From positions 4,365,392 to 4,429,391 of the forward strand of contig CM119264.1 of the NCBI GenBank assembly GCA_051294375.1: a stretch of DNA of 64,000 bases, read 5' to 3'. Positions within the stretch are counted from its first letter, which is position 1. Each line of letters begins with the position of its first letter. This document shows positions 11,198 to 23,819 of this stretch, piece after piece. Both the position numbers and the translations under genes were made by a program. The notes under the pieces were generated by a model. It saw nothing but the letters and a program-made list of their open reading frames with translations. It searched no databases and was not told the DNA's origin. Source of the stretch: Paraspadella gotoi (Eukaryota; Animalia; Chaetognatha).

Positions 11198-11626
11198 AGC
11201 GGCCTCGAAACTGGCTTCAGCCATTTCCCTCCTCGTAATCCCGGTTTTCCGGAAGATATAATCCACTCAGAACCGCGCATTGATTTATTCTCGTTTCCTT
11301 TCCGTTTCCTCTTTTCCTCTTTTCCTCTTTTCCTCTTTTCCTCTTTTCCTCTTTTCCTCTTTTCCTCTTTTCCCGTTTTCGCGTTTCTGGTTTCATCGCG
11401 AAAAGCGAAACTACGATTTCGAATCCAAACCAGAGATAGAATTCGTCGGAGAAAATTTAATCGATCAATCAGTCATTCAATCGGTCAATTTATGAATAAA
11501 TGCATTTATAGATGAATGAATCGATCAACTAGAAGGATAAATTAATAAAGAAAAGGAAAATTGATGAATGAATCAATCAAAATTGCTTATTTAATCATTA
11601 AATCAATCATTTAATCAACGAGTCAA

Positions 11627-11657
<31 letters not shown>

Positions 11658-12074
11658 ATANNNNNNNNNNNNNNNNNNNNNNNNNGAATGATTGAATGAA
11701 TGAATGAATGAATGAATGAATGAATAATGACATGAAATAAATAAAATTTAAATAAATAATAAATAATAAATAATAAATAAATAAATAAATAAATAATATA
11801 AATAAGAAAATAAAAGATAAATAAAAAAATTAAAAAAATTAAAAAAATTTTTAAAAAAAAAATAAAATAAAAATAATTAAAATAAATAAAAATAAATAAA
11901 AATAAATCAATCAATCAATAAATCAATTTTTCTTTCTTAATTTTTCGCAACCAATTACGCAATTTTGTGTTTCCTTTGTTTTCTCTTAAGAAAAAAAAAA
12001 AAGAAACTAAATGATTTTAGAAGATAAATCAAATACACTGGTAAATCTAATGCTCTACAATTCTTCCTCTACTC

Positions 12075-12560
12075 CAACTTAACCTACCTTCTTACTCCTA
12101 ACTAAACCTTCTCTCAAACTAACCTTTCTCTACCTAACGCTTCTCTCCTACCTCTCCAACTACTTCTTCTCACCTAACCTTCTCCATGTCCTCACAACCT
12201 TCCACAACCTTTCTTCTCACTAACCCTTCTCTCAACTACCTCACTACCTTCTCACTACCTTCTCTCCCTACTCTCCACTACTTCTTCACCTATCTTCTCA
12301 ACCTCTCTCAACCTAACCTTCTCTCACTTTTACCTTACCTTCTCTCAACCTACCTTCTCTACAACCTTTCAAACACCTTCTCTCTAACTCTACACCCTTT
12401 TCAACTAACTTCTCTCACCTAAAACTTCTCTCACCTAACTTCCTCAACTAACCTTCTCACCTACTTCTTCACCTAACCTTCTCTCATACTACCTACCTAA
12501 CTTCTCTCACTAACTTTAACTACTTCTCTCACACTAACCTTCTCTCAGCCTAACCTTCTC
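12075..12560. repeat. 15-bp minisatellite, consensus CCTAACCTTCTCTCA
   Basis: Degenerate array. Clean units are seen in the copy at 16881-16920 and the reverse complement at ~24110-24470. Confidence 0.85.
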
Positions 12561-12848
12561 CTACTCAAACATGAAAACCTACCATTTCTCCATTCCTTTC
12601 TCTTCACCTCACCCGGAACCACAGACTATTCATTCGACCTACCTTTGTCCTCACCCCAACCCCTTTTCCCCTTACCGATCTCGCTTCGATTAGGGTTAAG
12701 CAGAAATTGATGAATCTCTATCATCTTCAAAGCGGAAGAAAAGGAACTGGGCGGAGAAAGACTTCGGGGTTCCGTTCTTTTGTATGGGAAGAGAAAGAGA
12801 GAGAGAAAGAGAGAGAGAAGAGAGAGAGAGAAGAGGAGAGAGGAGAGA

Positions 12849-12891
<43 letters not shown>

Positions 12892-13403
12892 TCTATTTTC
12901 TCTTTCTCCGGTTATATTATTCCTAAAACCGCCGATTTATCGATTCAACCATTTATTATCTTTTAGCGTAACGGGAGAAGACTGACAGAAAAAAGATAAG
13001 GAGAGACAGAAATGAGGGCGTATAGGTTGAAAGTGTGTTGAAAAAACGGTTAGATGGGAATAGATAGATCTATTAGATTATCATAAGCCCAAAGCTGTAG
13101 GTAGGTAGAAAGACAACGCGAGATAAGGACAAAAAAATAAGACAAAAAGGTTGAAAGCGAGAGAAAGAGAACTGGCGGATAGAAAGACAGACAAACTCGT
13201 ATAAAACGTCTATTTGCCTTCTCCGTCGCCACCCGCAAAACAAAAGGCAAAGAAAACTGAGAGTCATGACGACATTTTTCAGAACAATTGAACAAAAAAA
13301 AAAGGAAAAAAATATTTCCAAAAAAATATCCATTCACAAGACGTGAAAACCTTTGGCTTGAACTCGAGGGAAAAAAAAGAAACTGTTGAGCGACTGTAAA
13401 ATG

Positions 13404-13454
<51 letters not shown>

Positions 13455-13625
13455 CTCTCTCACTCTCATCTCCTCTCTTCTCTCAATCCGCTCTCTCTCT
13501 CTCAAAGCCCCCCGAAGAATTTTACGACGTGGAAGAAAAGTGGATGAAAGTCAATGAAAGACTCATGAAAAAAGTCCTTGAGAACAATGACCGCGAATAT
13601 TTCAAGGCTTAGCAGGGTCTCCTAG

Positions 13626-13674
<49 letters not shown>

Positions 13675-13729
13675 GAGAGAGAGAGAGAGGAGAGAAGTAC
13701 TTTCTTTCTGTCTTAAAGCCGTTCCCTTC

Positions 13730-13761
<32 letters not shown>

Positions 13762-15458
13762 CTCTCTCTATCTCTCTCTATCTCTTCTCTCTCTTCCCTC
13801 TCCCTCTCCCTCTCCTCTCCCTCTCCTCTCCTCTTTTCACTGTCCCATTCATCCATCATCATCCTTCCAAATCCACCTGCGTGCCGGATTTTTCTTCAAC
13901 TCCCGCGCCGCCGCAGCCGCCGCAGCCGACGCCGCCGCTGCTGCGCGACTAAACAACACAAGAACAACAACGGGACGAGACATACGCAAGCAAGCCAGAA
14001 TCCTCCCCGCCCTCTGGAATGAATCTGTAATGATATATTCCCTTCGGGGGCGGACGAGGAAGACGACGACGACGAAGACGACGACGAAGACGAAGACGAT
14101 CGAACGAAGACGACGACGAAAGACTGTCCGTTGCAAACAAACGTCTATTAATTACAGAACCCACGCCGATGGATAATCGAACAGGAATATTCCGAAGACG
14201 ACGACGACGACGACTACGATGACCACGACGACGACGATGATAATGATGGGGGAGTCTTCGGAGTCATAGACGACAACAATAACACAAGACGACGGCATCT
14301 GCCAAACGAATATCTGCAAATATGATCCATGAGATCCGAGTTTTTGTCTATTGATTTATCGATGAGCAGCGGAATCGATCATCATTGATGCTATTTTAGT
14401 GAAACCCATTTTTTTTTATATCTCGAAGGTCGACGGGAATTTATATCCGGACGAGAATTGAGAGAATCGTCTCTCCTCGCTGGGAAAGAGTACAGTGCAG
14501 TATGGTGCAATGAGACGAATACAGTGCGAAGTGGATATTTAAGGTTTTTCTCTCGTCAGCCGATCACCCTGGTACCTATTAAATGAATTTGTCTTTGTAA
14601 TTGTTCAAAATATTTTTTTGGATAGTACAGATAAGAAAGTCATTAATGGCTCTTTAAAAATGTGAAAGCAATCAATAGGAAGCAAGCAATCGGCAAGCAA
14701 GCAAGCAAGCCTAACACGATTTGAAATCTAGTTACCGAGAGTACCTACGATTCACATTTCAAAGTTCAACGCACTACTTAGCTAGAAACCTTACTTTCGC
14801 CCTTGCTCTTAATTTGTTCCTCACCTTAACTCTGAGAAGACCCGGCGTCGTAGACGAACAAAAGGACAACGAAATCGACGAAGAAAAAAAAACGAATACA
14901 TGGATATGAGTTAGACGACCACGACGATGATGAAGAAGACGACGAAGATGATGACTATGATGAGTTGACGACGGGGCAATCATAACGACAACAACGACAA
15001 AGAAGACGATGATTACGAAGACGAAGAAGCCTACGACGACATCAATGATGATTTAAAGACGACGACACGACGACGACGACGACGACATGGATTCATAATT
15101 TATGAGATCCAAGAGTCGACGGATTTCGTCCGCAACAAAAAATCTCTTCGTCTCAGAAAAAAAAAAGTGGCGTCGGTGATAAATAAACTTCGTCGAGGAA
15201 AATTTCAGAATAAACAAACGCCTGAGGCCAAACTCACCTTTTTTATGTTTTATGTTCTTCTTCTTTTTTCATTTTTTCTCTCTTTCTATTGATATCCGTT
15301 CCTATCCTTTTTTTATTTTTCATTTTTCATTCACCTTAAATTTATTTTCTACGCAGCGTCTGTTTCTGTTTCTTATTTCTCTCCCGGTTATAACTTGGTG
15401 GGGGGAAAGTTGAGAAAAGGTTTTAAGTTGAAAAATCTCATCTCATTTAAGGTCATTT

Positions 15459-15625
15459 TTGGTTGGTATAGGTACGATGGGACTGGTAAACTTGTACCAC
15501 CATTTTCCCCACCGGTGCTGTTTGCCGAGTATTACGTCGACCCAAAAGAGGCCTCCGGTGGAGTCGCAGGAAGTGCAGACTCAGAATAGACACATAGCGG
15601 ACATCGCGTTCGATGAAATTGAACT
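15459..15625 (+). mobile_element. Decayed Ty3/gypsy-like RT/RNase H connection fragment (also at 19840 and ~34340)
   Basis: MGLVNLYHHFP / GRVNFYRHFP ... ADIAFDEIE resembles the gypsy pol consensus LG.VNFYRRFIP...AF..IK. The match is short and frameshifted. Confidence 0.3.
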
Positions 15626-15757
15626 TTACAGCATCAAAGCTCGACGGCATCCGACTTTTTCAGCATCGTGCTCAACATAATTGACTTTTGTAGCATCAAA
15701 TCTGGAACCGCTTCGACTTTTCAGCATCGTGCTCAATAAAGTTGACTTTTTCAACAT
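15617..15757. repeat. Short tandem repeat of ~30-bp subunits arranged as ~61-bp dimers
   Basis: GACTTTTTCAGCATCGTGCTCAA occurs twice, alternating with TTGACTTTT..AGCATCAAA. Confidence 0.75.
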
Positions 15758-17229
15758 AGGTCGTCGGCTTTTCATTTCCGCGAATTTTTGCCGACGTAAA
15801 TCGTCGATTTTCGTGCGTCGACGATTAAAAAGGTCGCGGGTTCGAATCCCGGCAAATGTCAGCGGTTCCGGCAGAAAATAGAAAAAACCGAAATAAAAAA
15901 AAATAACAAAAAACCGAATATTCTGTTTCTCGTTTTCATCGAGTTTCGTGTCGCGTGTTTTATCTTCTGTTTATATTTGGTTTAAAATACATTTTATTAG
16001 AAAAGTAAAATCGTAAAAAAGGAATTGTGAGGAATAGAAACTAATGTTCATTACATTCTTACCATTATCCTGATTAGTGAATTCGCTTCGTTTCTCTTTC
16101 GCTTCTCACGTTCTCACTCCCTTCCACATTTCCTCAGGGAGCAGAACAACAACAACAACAAACAAAAGAAGTTCTGTTTTCTCTGTTTTCGTCTACAGAG
16201 TCGTAGATACATACATATTAGTTTTTATGGGTTGAAAATAGAAACCTTAAATAAAAATATTACAAAAAATCGTTACAAAATATACATAGTTACTCGGGTG
16301 TTTCTATTCTTTGTACACCAAAGTTTTCGTTGAATAATATATAAATGGCGTCATACGTTTTCTTTTCGCGAAAAAAACTATCAATTAACACTTAATCAAA
16401 AAAAAATTGATATAATATTTTTAAAAAAATAAAATAAAAATAATTAAAAATAAATAAAAATAAATAAAAATAAATCAATCAATCAATAAATCAATTTTTC
16501 TTTCTTAATTTTTCGCAACCAATTACGCAATTTTTTGTTTCCTTTGTTTTCTCTTTAGAAAAAAAAAAAGAACTAAATGATTTTAGAGATAAATCAATAC
16601 ACTGGTAAATCTATGCTCTACAATTCTTCATCCTCTACTCCAACTTAACCTAACCTTCTTTCACCTAACCTTCTCTCACCTAACCTTCTCNNNNNNNNNN
16701 NNNNNNNNNNNNNNNNNNNNNNNNNNNNNNNNNNNNNNNNNNNNNNNNNNNNNNNNNNNNNNNNNNNNNNNNNNNNNNNNNNNNNNNNNNNNNNNNNNNN
16801 NNNNNNNNNNNNNNNNNNNNNNNNNNNNNNNNNNNNNNNNNNNNNNNNNNNNNNNNNNNNNNNNNNNNNNNNNNNNNNNNTAACCTTCTCTCACCTAACC
16901 TTCTCTCACCTAACCTTCTCCTAACTCAACAGAAACCTCACCATTTCTCCATTCCTTTCTCTTCACCTCACCCCGGAACCAGACTATTCATTCGACCTTA
17001 CCTTTGTCCTCACCCCAACCCTTTTCCCCTTACCTCGATCTCGCTTCGATTTAGGGTTAAGCAGAATTGATGATCTCTCATCTCAAAGCGGAAGAAAGAA
17101 TCTGGGCGGAGGAAAGACTTCCGGGTTCCGTCTTTTTTGGTAGGGAAGAAAAGAGAGAGAGNNNNNNNNNNNNNNNNNNNNNNNNNAAAGAGAGAGAGAA
17201 GAGAGAGAGAGAAGAGGAGAGAGGAGAGA

Positions 17230-17272
<43 letters not shown>

Positions 17273-17784
17273 TCTATTTTCTCTTTCTCCGGTTATATTA
17301 TTCCTAAAACCGCCGATTTATCGATTCAACCATTTATTATCTTTTAGCGTAACGGGAGAAGACTGACAGAAAAAAGATAAGGAGAGACAGAAATGAGGGC
17401 GTATAGGTTGAAAGTGTGTTGAAAAAACGGTTAGATGGGAATAGATAGATCTATTAGATTATCATAAGCCCAAAGCTGTAGGTAGGTAGAAAGACAACGC
17501 GAGATAAGGACAAAAAAATAAGACAAAAAGGTTGAAAGCGAGAGAAAGAGAACTGGCGGATAGAAAGACAGACAAACTCGTATAAAACGTCTATTTGCCT
17601 TCTCCGTCGCCACCCGCAAAACAAAAGGCAAAGAAAACTGAGAGTCATGACGACATTTTTCAGAACAATTGAACAAAAAAAAAAGGAAAAAAATATTTCC
17701 AAAAAAATATCCATTCACAAGACGTGAAAACCTTTGGCTTGAACTCGAGGGAAAAAAAAGAAACTGTTGAGCGACTGTAAAATG

Positions 17785-17835
<51 letters not shown>

Positions 17836-18006
17836 CTCTCTCACTCTCATCTCCTCTCTTCTCTCAATCCGCTCTCTCTCTCTCAAAGCCCCCCGAAGAA
17901 TTTTACGACGTGGAAGAAAAGTGGATGAAAGTCAATGAAAGACTCATGAAAAAAGTCCTTGAGAACAATGACCGCGAATATTTCAAGGCTTAGCAGGGTC
18001 TCCTAG

Positions 18007-18055
<49 letters not shown>

Positions 18056-18110
18056 GAGAGAGAGAGAGAGGAGAGAAGTACTTTCTTTCTGTCTTAAAGC
18101 CGTTCCCTTC

Positions 18111-18142
<32 letters not shown>

Positions 18143-20798
18143 CTCTCTCTATCTCTCTCTATCTCTTCTCTCTCTTCCCTCTCCCTCTCCCTCTCCTCTC
18201 CCTCTCCTCTCCTCTTTTCACTGTCCCATTCATCCATCATCATCCTTCCAAATCCACCTGCGTGCCGGATTTTTCTTCAACTCCCGCGCCGCCGCAGCCG
18301 CCGCAGCCGACGCCGCCGCTGCTGCGCGACTAAACAACACAAGAACAACAACGGGACGAGACATACGCAAGCAAGCCAGAATCCTCCCCGCCCTCTGGAA
18401 TGAATCTGTAATGATATATTCCCTTCGGGGGCGGACGAGGAAGACGACGACGACGAAGACGACGACGAAGACGAAGACGATCGAACGAAGACGACGACGA
18501 AAGACTGTCCGTTGCAAACAAACGTCTATTAATTACAGAACCCACGCCGATGGATAATCGAACAGGAATATTCCGAAGACGACGACGACGACGACTACGA
18601 TGACCACGACGACGACGATGATAATGATGGGGGAGTCTTCGGAGTCATAGACGACAACAATAACACAAGACGACGGCATCTGCCAAACGAATATCTGCAA
18701 ATATGATCCATGAGATCCGAGTTTTTGTCTATTGATTTATCGATGAGCAGCGGAATCGATCATCATTGATGCTATTTTAGTGAAACCCATTTTTTTTTAT
18801 ATCTCGAAGGTCGACGGGAATTTATATCCGGACGAGAATTGAGAGAATCGTCTCTCCTCGCTGGGAAAGAGTACAGTGCAGTATGGTGCAATGAGACGAA
18901 TACAGTGCGAAGTGGATATTTAAGGTTTTTCTCTCGTCAGCCGATCACCCTGGTACCTATTAAATGAATTTGTCTTTGTAATTGTTCAAAATATTTTTTT
19001 GGATAGTACAGATAAGAAAGTCATTAATGGCTCTTTAAAAATGTGAAAGCAATCAATAGGAAGCAAGCAATCGGCAAGCAAGCAAGCAAGCCTAACACGA
19101 TTTGAAATCTAGTTACCGAGAGTACCTACGATTCACATTTCAAAGTTCAACGCACTACTTAGCTAGAAACCTTACTTTCGCCCTTGCTCTTAATTTGTTC
19201 CTCACCTTAACTCTGAGAAGACCCGGCGTCGTAGACGAACAAAAGGACAACGAAATCGACGAAGAAAAAAAAACGAATACATGGATATGAGTTAGACGAC
19301 CACGACGATGATGAAGAAGACGACGAAGATGATGACTATGATGAGTTGACGACGGGGCAATCATAACGACAACAACGACAAAGAAGACGATGATTACGAA
19401 GACGAAGAAGCCTACGACGACATCAATGATGATTTAAAGACGACGACACGACGACGACGACGACGACATGGATTCATAATTTATGAGATCCAAGAGTCGA
19501 CGGATTTCGTCCGCAACAAAAAATCTCTTCGTCTCAGAAAAAAAAAAGTGGCGTCGGTGATAAATAAACTTCGTCGAGGAAAATTTCAGAATAAACAAAC
19601 GCCTGAGGCCAAACTCACCTTTTTTATGTTTTATGTTCTTCTTCTTTTTTCATTTTTTCTCTCTTTCTATTGATATCCGTTCCTATCCTTTTTTTATTTT
19701 TCATTTTTCATTCACCTTAAATTTATTTTCTACGCAGCGTCTGTTTCTGTTTCTTATTTCTCTCCCGGTTATAACTTGGTGGGGGGAAAGTTGAGAAAAG
19801 GTTTTAAGTTGAAAAATCTCATCTCATTTAAGGTCATTTTTGGTTGGTATAGGTACGATGGGACTGGTAAACTTGTACCACCATTTTCCCCACCGGTGCT
19901 GTTTGCCGAGTATTACGTCGACCCAAAAGAGGCCTCCGGTGGAGTCGCAGGAAGTGCAGACTCAGAATAGACACATAGCGGACATCGCGTTCGATGAAAT
20001 TGAACTTTACAGCATCAAAGCTCGACGGCATCCGACTTTTTCAGCATCGTGCTCAACATAATTGACTTTTGTAGCATCAAATCTGGAACCGCTTCGACTT
20101 TTCAGCATCGTGCTCAATAAAGTTGACTTTTTCAACATAGGTCGTCGGCTTTTCATTTCCGCGAATTTTTGCCGACGTAAATCGTCGATTTTCGTGCGTC
20201 GACGATTAAAAAGGTCGCGGGTTCGAATCCCGGCAAATGTCAGCGGTTCCGGCAGAAAATAGAAAAAACCGAAATAAAAAAAAATAACAAAAAACCGAAT
20301 ATTCTGTTTCTCGTTTTCATCGAGTTTCGTGTCGCGTGTTTTATCTTCTGTTTATATTTGGTTTAAAATACATTTTATTAGAAAAGTAAAATCGTAAAAA
20401 AGGAATTGTGAGGAATAGAAACTAATGTTCATTACATTCTTACCATTATCCTGATTAGTGAATTCGCTTCGTTTCTCTTTCGCTTCTCACGTTCTCACTC
20501 CCTTCCACATTTCCTCAGGGAGCAGAACAACAACAACAACAAACAAAAGAAGTTCTGTTTTCTCTGTTTTCGTCTACAGAGTCGTAGATACATACATATT
20601 AGTTTTTATGGGTTGAAAATAGAAACCTTAAATAAAAATATTACAAAAAATCGTTACAAAATATACATAGTTACTCGGGTGTTTCTATTCTTTGTACACC
20701 AAAGTTTTCGTTGAATAATATATAAATGGCGTCATACGTTTTCTTTTCGCGAAAAAAACTATCAATTAACACTTAATCAAAAAAAAATTGATATAATA

Positions 20799-22120
20799 AG
20801 AGAGAGAGAGAGAGAGAGAGAGAGTCTATCTTTCTCTTTCATCGGTTATATTATTCCTACCGACCGCATTTATCGATTCAACCATTTATTATCTTTAGCG
20901 TAACGGAGAAAGACTGACAGACAAAAAGATAAACGGAGAGACAGAATGAGGGCGTATAGGTTGAAAGTGTGTTGAAAAACGGTTAGATGGGAGATAGATA
21001 GATCTATAGATTCATAGCCAAAGCTGTAGGTAGGTAGAAAGACAACGCGAGATAAGACAAAAACAAATAGACAAAAAGGTTGAAAGCGAGAGAAAGAGAC
21101 TGGCGGATAGAAAGACAGACAAACTCGTAATAAAACGTCTATTTGCCTTCTCCGTCGCCACCGNNNNNNNNNNNNNNNNNNNNNNNNNNNNNNNNNNNNN
21201 NNNNNNNNNNNNNNNNNNNNNNNNNNNNNNNNNNNNNNNNNNNNNNNNNNNNNNNNNNNNNNNNNNNNNNNNNNNNNNNNNNNNNNNNNNNNNNNNNNNN
21301 NNNNNNNNNNNNNNNNNNNNNNNNNNNNNNNNNNNNNNNNNNNNNNNNNNNNNNNNNNNNNNNNNNNNNNNNNNNNNNNNNNNNNNNNNNNNNNNNNNNN
21401 NNNNNNNNNNNNNNNNNNNNNNNNNNNNNNNNNNNNNNNNNNNNNNNNNNNNNNNNNNNNNNNNNNNNNNNNNNNNNNNNNNNNNNNNNNNNNNNNNNNN
21501 NNNNNNNNNNNNNNNNNNNNNNNNNNNNNNNNNNNNNNNNNNNNNNNNNNNNNNNNNNNNNNNNNNNNNNNNNNNNNNNNNNNNNNNNNNNNNNNNNNNN
21601 NNNNNNNNNNNNNNNNNNNNNNNNNNNNNNNNNNNGGGGACGAGACATACGCAGCAGCCGGAATCCTCCCCGCCCTCTGGAATGAAAATCTGTAATGATA
21701 TATTCCCTTCGGGCGGCGGACGAGGAAGACGACGACGACGACGACGAAGACGAAGACGACGACGAAGACGACGACGAAGACTGTCCGTTTGCAACAAACG
21801 TCTATTAATTACAGGAACCCACGCCGATGGGATATCGAGACAGGAATATTCGACGACGACGACGACGACGACTACGATGACCACGACGACGACGATGATA
21901 ATGATGGGGGAGTCTTCGAGGAGTCATAGGACGACAACAATAACAACAAAGACGACGGCATCTGCAACGATATCTGCAAATATGATCCATGAGATCCGAG
22001 TTTTTGTCTATTGATTTATCGATGAGCAGCGGAATCGATTCATCATTGATGCTTAATTTAGTGAAACCCATTTTTTTTTATATCTCGAAGGGTCGACGGG
22101 AAATTTATATCCCGGACGAG
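20799..22120 (+). repeat. Third, indel-rich partial copy of ~12860-14456
   Basis: Same text as 12860-13230 and 13970-14456 with frequent 1-bp indels and an internal N gap. Confidence 0.85.
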
Positions 22121-22906
22121 AAACCTTAAATATCCACTTCGCACTGTATTCGTCTCATTGCACCATACTGCACTGTACTCTTTCCCAGCGAGGAGAGACG
22201 ATTCTCTCAATTCTCGTCCGGATATAAATTCCCGTCGACCTTCGAGATATAAAAAAAAATGGGTTTCACTAAAATAGCATCAATGATGATCGATTCCGCT
22301 GCTCATCGATAAATCAATAGACAAAAACTCGGATCTCATGGATCATATTTGCAGATATTCGTTTGGCAGATGCCGTCGTCTTGTGTTATTGTTGTCGTCT
22401 ATGACTCCGAAGACTCCCCCATCATTATCATCGTCGTCGTCGTGGTCATCGTAGTCGTCGTCGTCGTCGTCTTCGGAATATTCCTGTTCGATTATCCATC
22501 GGCGTGGGTTCTGTAATTAATAGACGTTTGTTTGCAACGGACAGTCTTTCGTCGTCGTCTTCGTTCGATCGTCTTCGTCTTCGTCGTCGTCTTCGTCGTC
22601 GTCGTCTTCCTCGTCCGCCCCCGAAGGGAATATATCATTACAGATTCATTCCAGAGGGCGGGGAGGATTCTGGCTTGCTTGCGTATGTCTCGTCCCGTTG
22701 TTGTTCTTGTGTTGTTTAGTCGCGCAGCAGCGGCGGCGTCGGCTGCGGCGGCTGCGGCGGCGCGGGAGTTGAAGAAAAATCCGGCACGCAGGTGGATTTG
22801 GAAGGATGATGATGGATGAATGGGACAGTGAAAAGAGGAGAGGAGAGGGAGAGGAGAGGGAGAGGGAGAGGGAAGAGAGAGAAGAGATAGAGAGAGATAG
22901 AGAGAG

Positions 22907-22938
<32 letters not shown>

Positions 22939-22993
22939 GAAGGGAACGGCTTTAAGACAGAAAGAAAGTACTTCTCTCCTCTCTCTCTCTCTC

Positions 22994-23042
<49 letters not shown>

Positions 23043-23213
23043 CTAGGAGACCCTGCTAAGCCTTGAAATATTCGCGGTCATTGTTCTCAAGGACTTTTTT
23101 CATGAGTCTTTCATTGACTTTCATCCACTTTTCTTCCACGTCGTAAAATTCTTCGGGGGGCTTTGAGAGAGAGAGAGCGGATTGAGAGAAGAGAGGAGAT
23201 GAGAGTGAGAGAG

Positions 23214-23264
<51 letters not shown>

Positions 23265-23776
23265 CATTTTACAGTCGCTCAACAGTTTCTTTTTTTTCCC
23301 TCGAGTTCAAGCCAAAGGTTTTCACGTCTTGTGAATGGATATTTTTTTGGAAATATTTTTTTCCTTTTTTTTTTGTTCAATTGTTCTGAAAAATGTCGTC
23401 ATGACTCTCAGTTTTCTTTGCCTTTTGTTTTGCGGGTGGCGACGGAGAAGGCAAATAGACGTTTTATACGAGTTTGTCTGTCTTTCTATCCGCCAGTTCT
23501 CTTTCTCTCGCTTTCAACCTTTTTGTCTTATTTTTTTGTCCTTATCTCGCGTTGTCTTTCTACCTACCTACAGCTTTGGGCTTATGATAATCTAATAGAT
23601 CTATCTATTCCCATCTAACCGTTTTTTCAACACACTTTCAACCTATACGCCCTCATTTCTGTCTCTCCTTATCTTTTTTCTGTCAGTCTTCTCCCGTTAC
23701 GCTAAAAGATAATAAATGGTTGAATCGATAAATCGGCGGTTTTAGGAATAATATAACCGGAGAAAGAGAAAATAGA

Positions 23777-23819
<43 letters not shown>

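Larger units (their letters stand above)
11850..20798 (+). repeat. Direct tandem duplication (~4.4-4.6-kb unit: ~11850-16419 and ~16420-20798), probably an assembly artefact
   Basis: ORF translations are identical at a constant 4381-bp offset (e.g. 13050 vs 17431, 15681 vs 20062). Confidence 0.9.

Noticed and set aside
12075-12560. Interstitial telomere array
   Set aside because: The unit is 15 bp with a single CCTAA, not tandem (TTAGG)n.
13849-15100. Arg/Asp/Thr/Val-rich ORFs (and their copies; similar ones at 38768-39226, 41265-41687, 58777-62075)
   Set aside because: These are translations of (GAC)n, (AG)n and (TTTC)n repeats that are open in several frames on both strands, with no domain signal or splice support.
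15617-15757. CRISPR-like repeat-spacer pattern
   Set aside because: The 'spacers' are themselves repeated, there are only 2-3 units, no cas genes are present, and the context is eukaryotic.
15800-15855. tRNA gene suggested by the B-box GGTTCGAATCC (15839-15849; also 20220 and ~34707)
   Set aside because: No A-box, D-arm or acceptor stem could be formed. At most a decayed SINE head.
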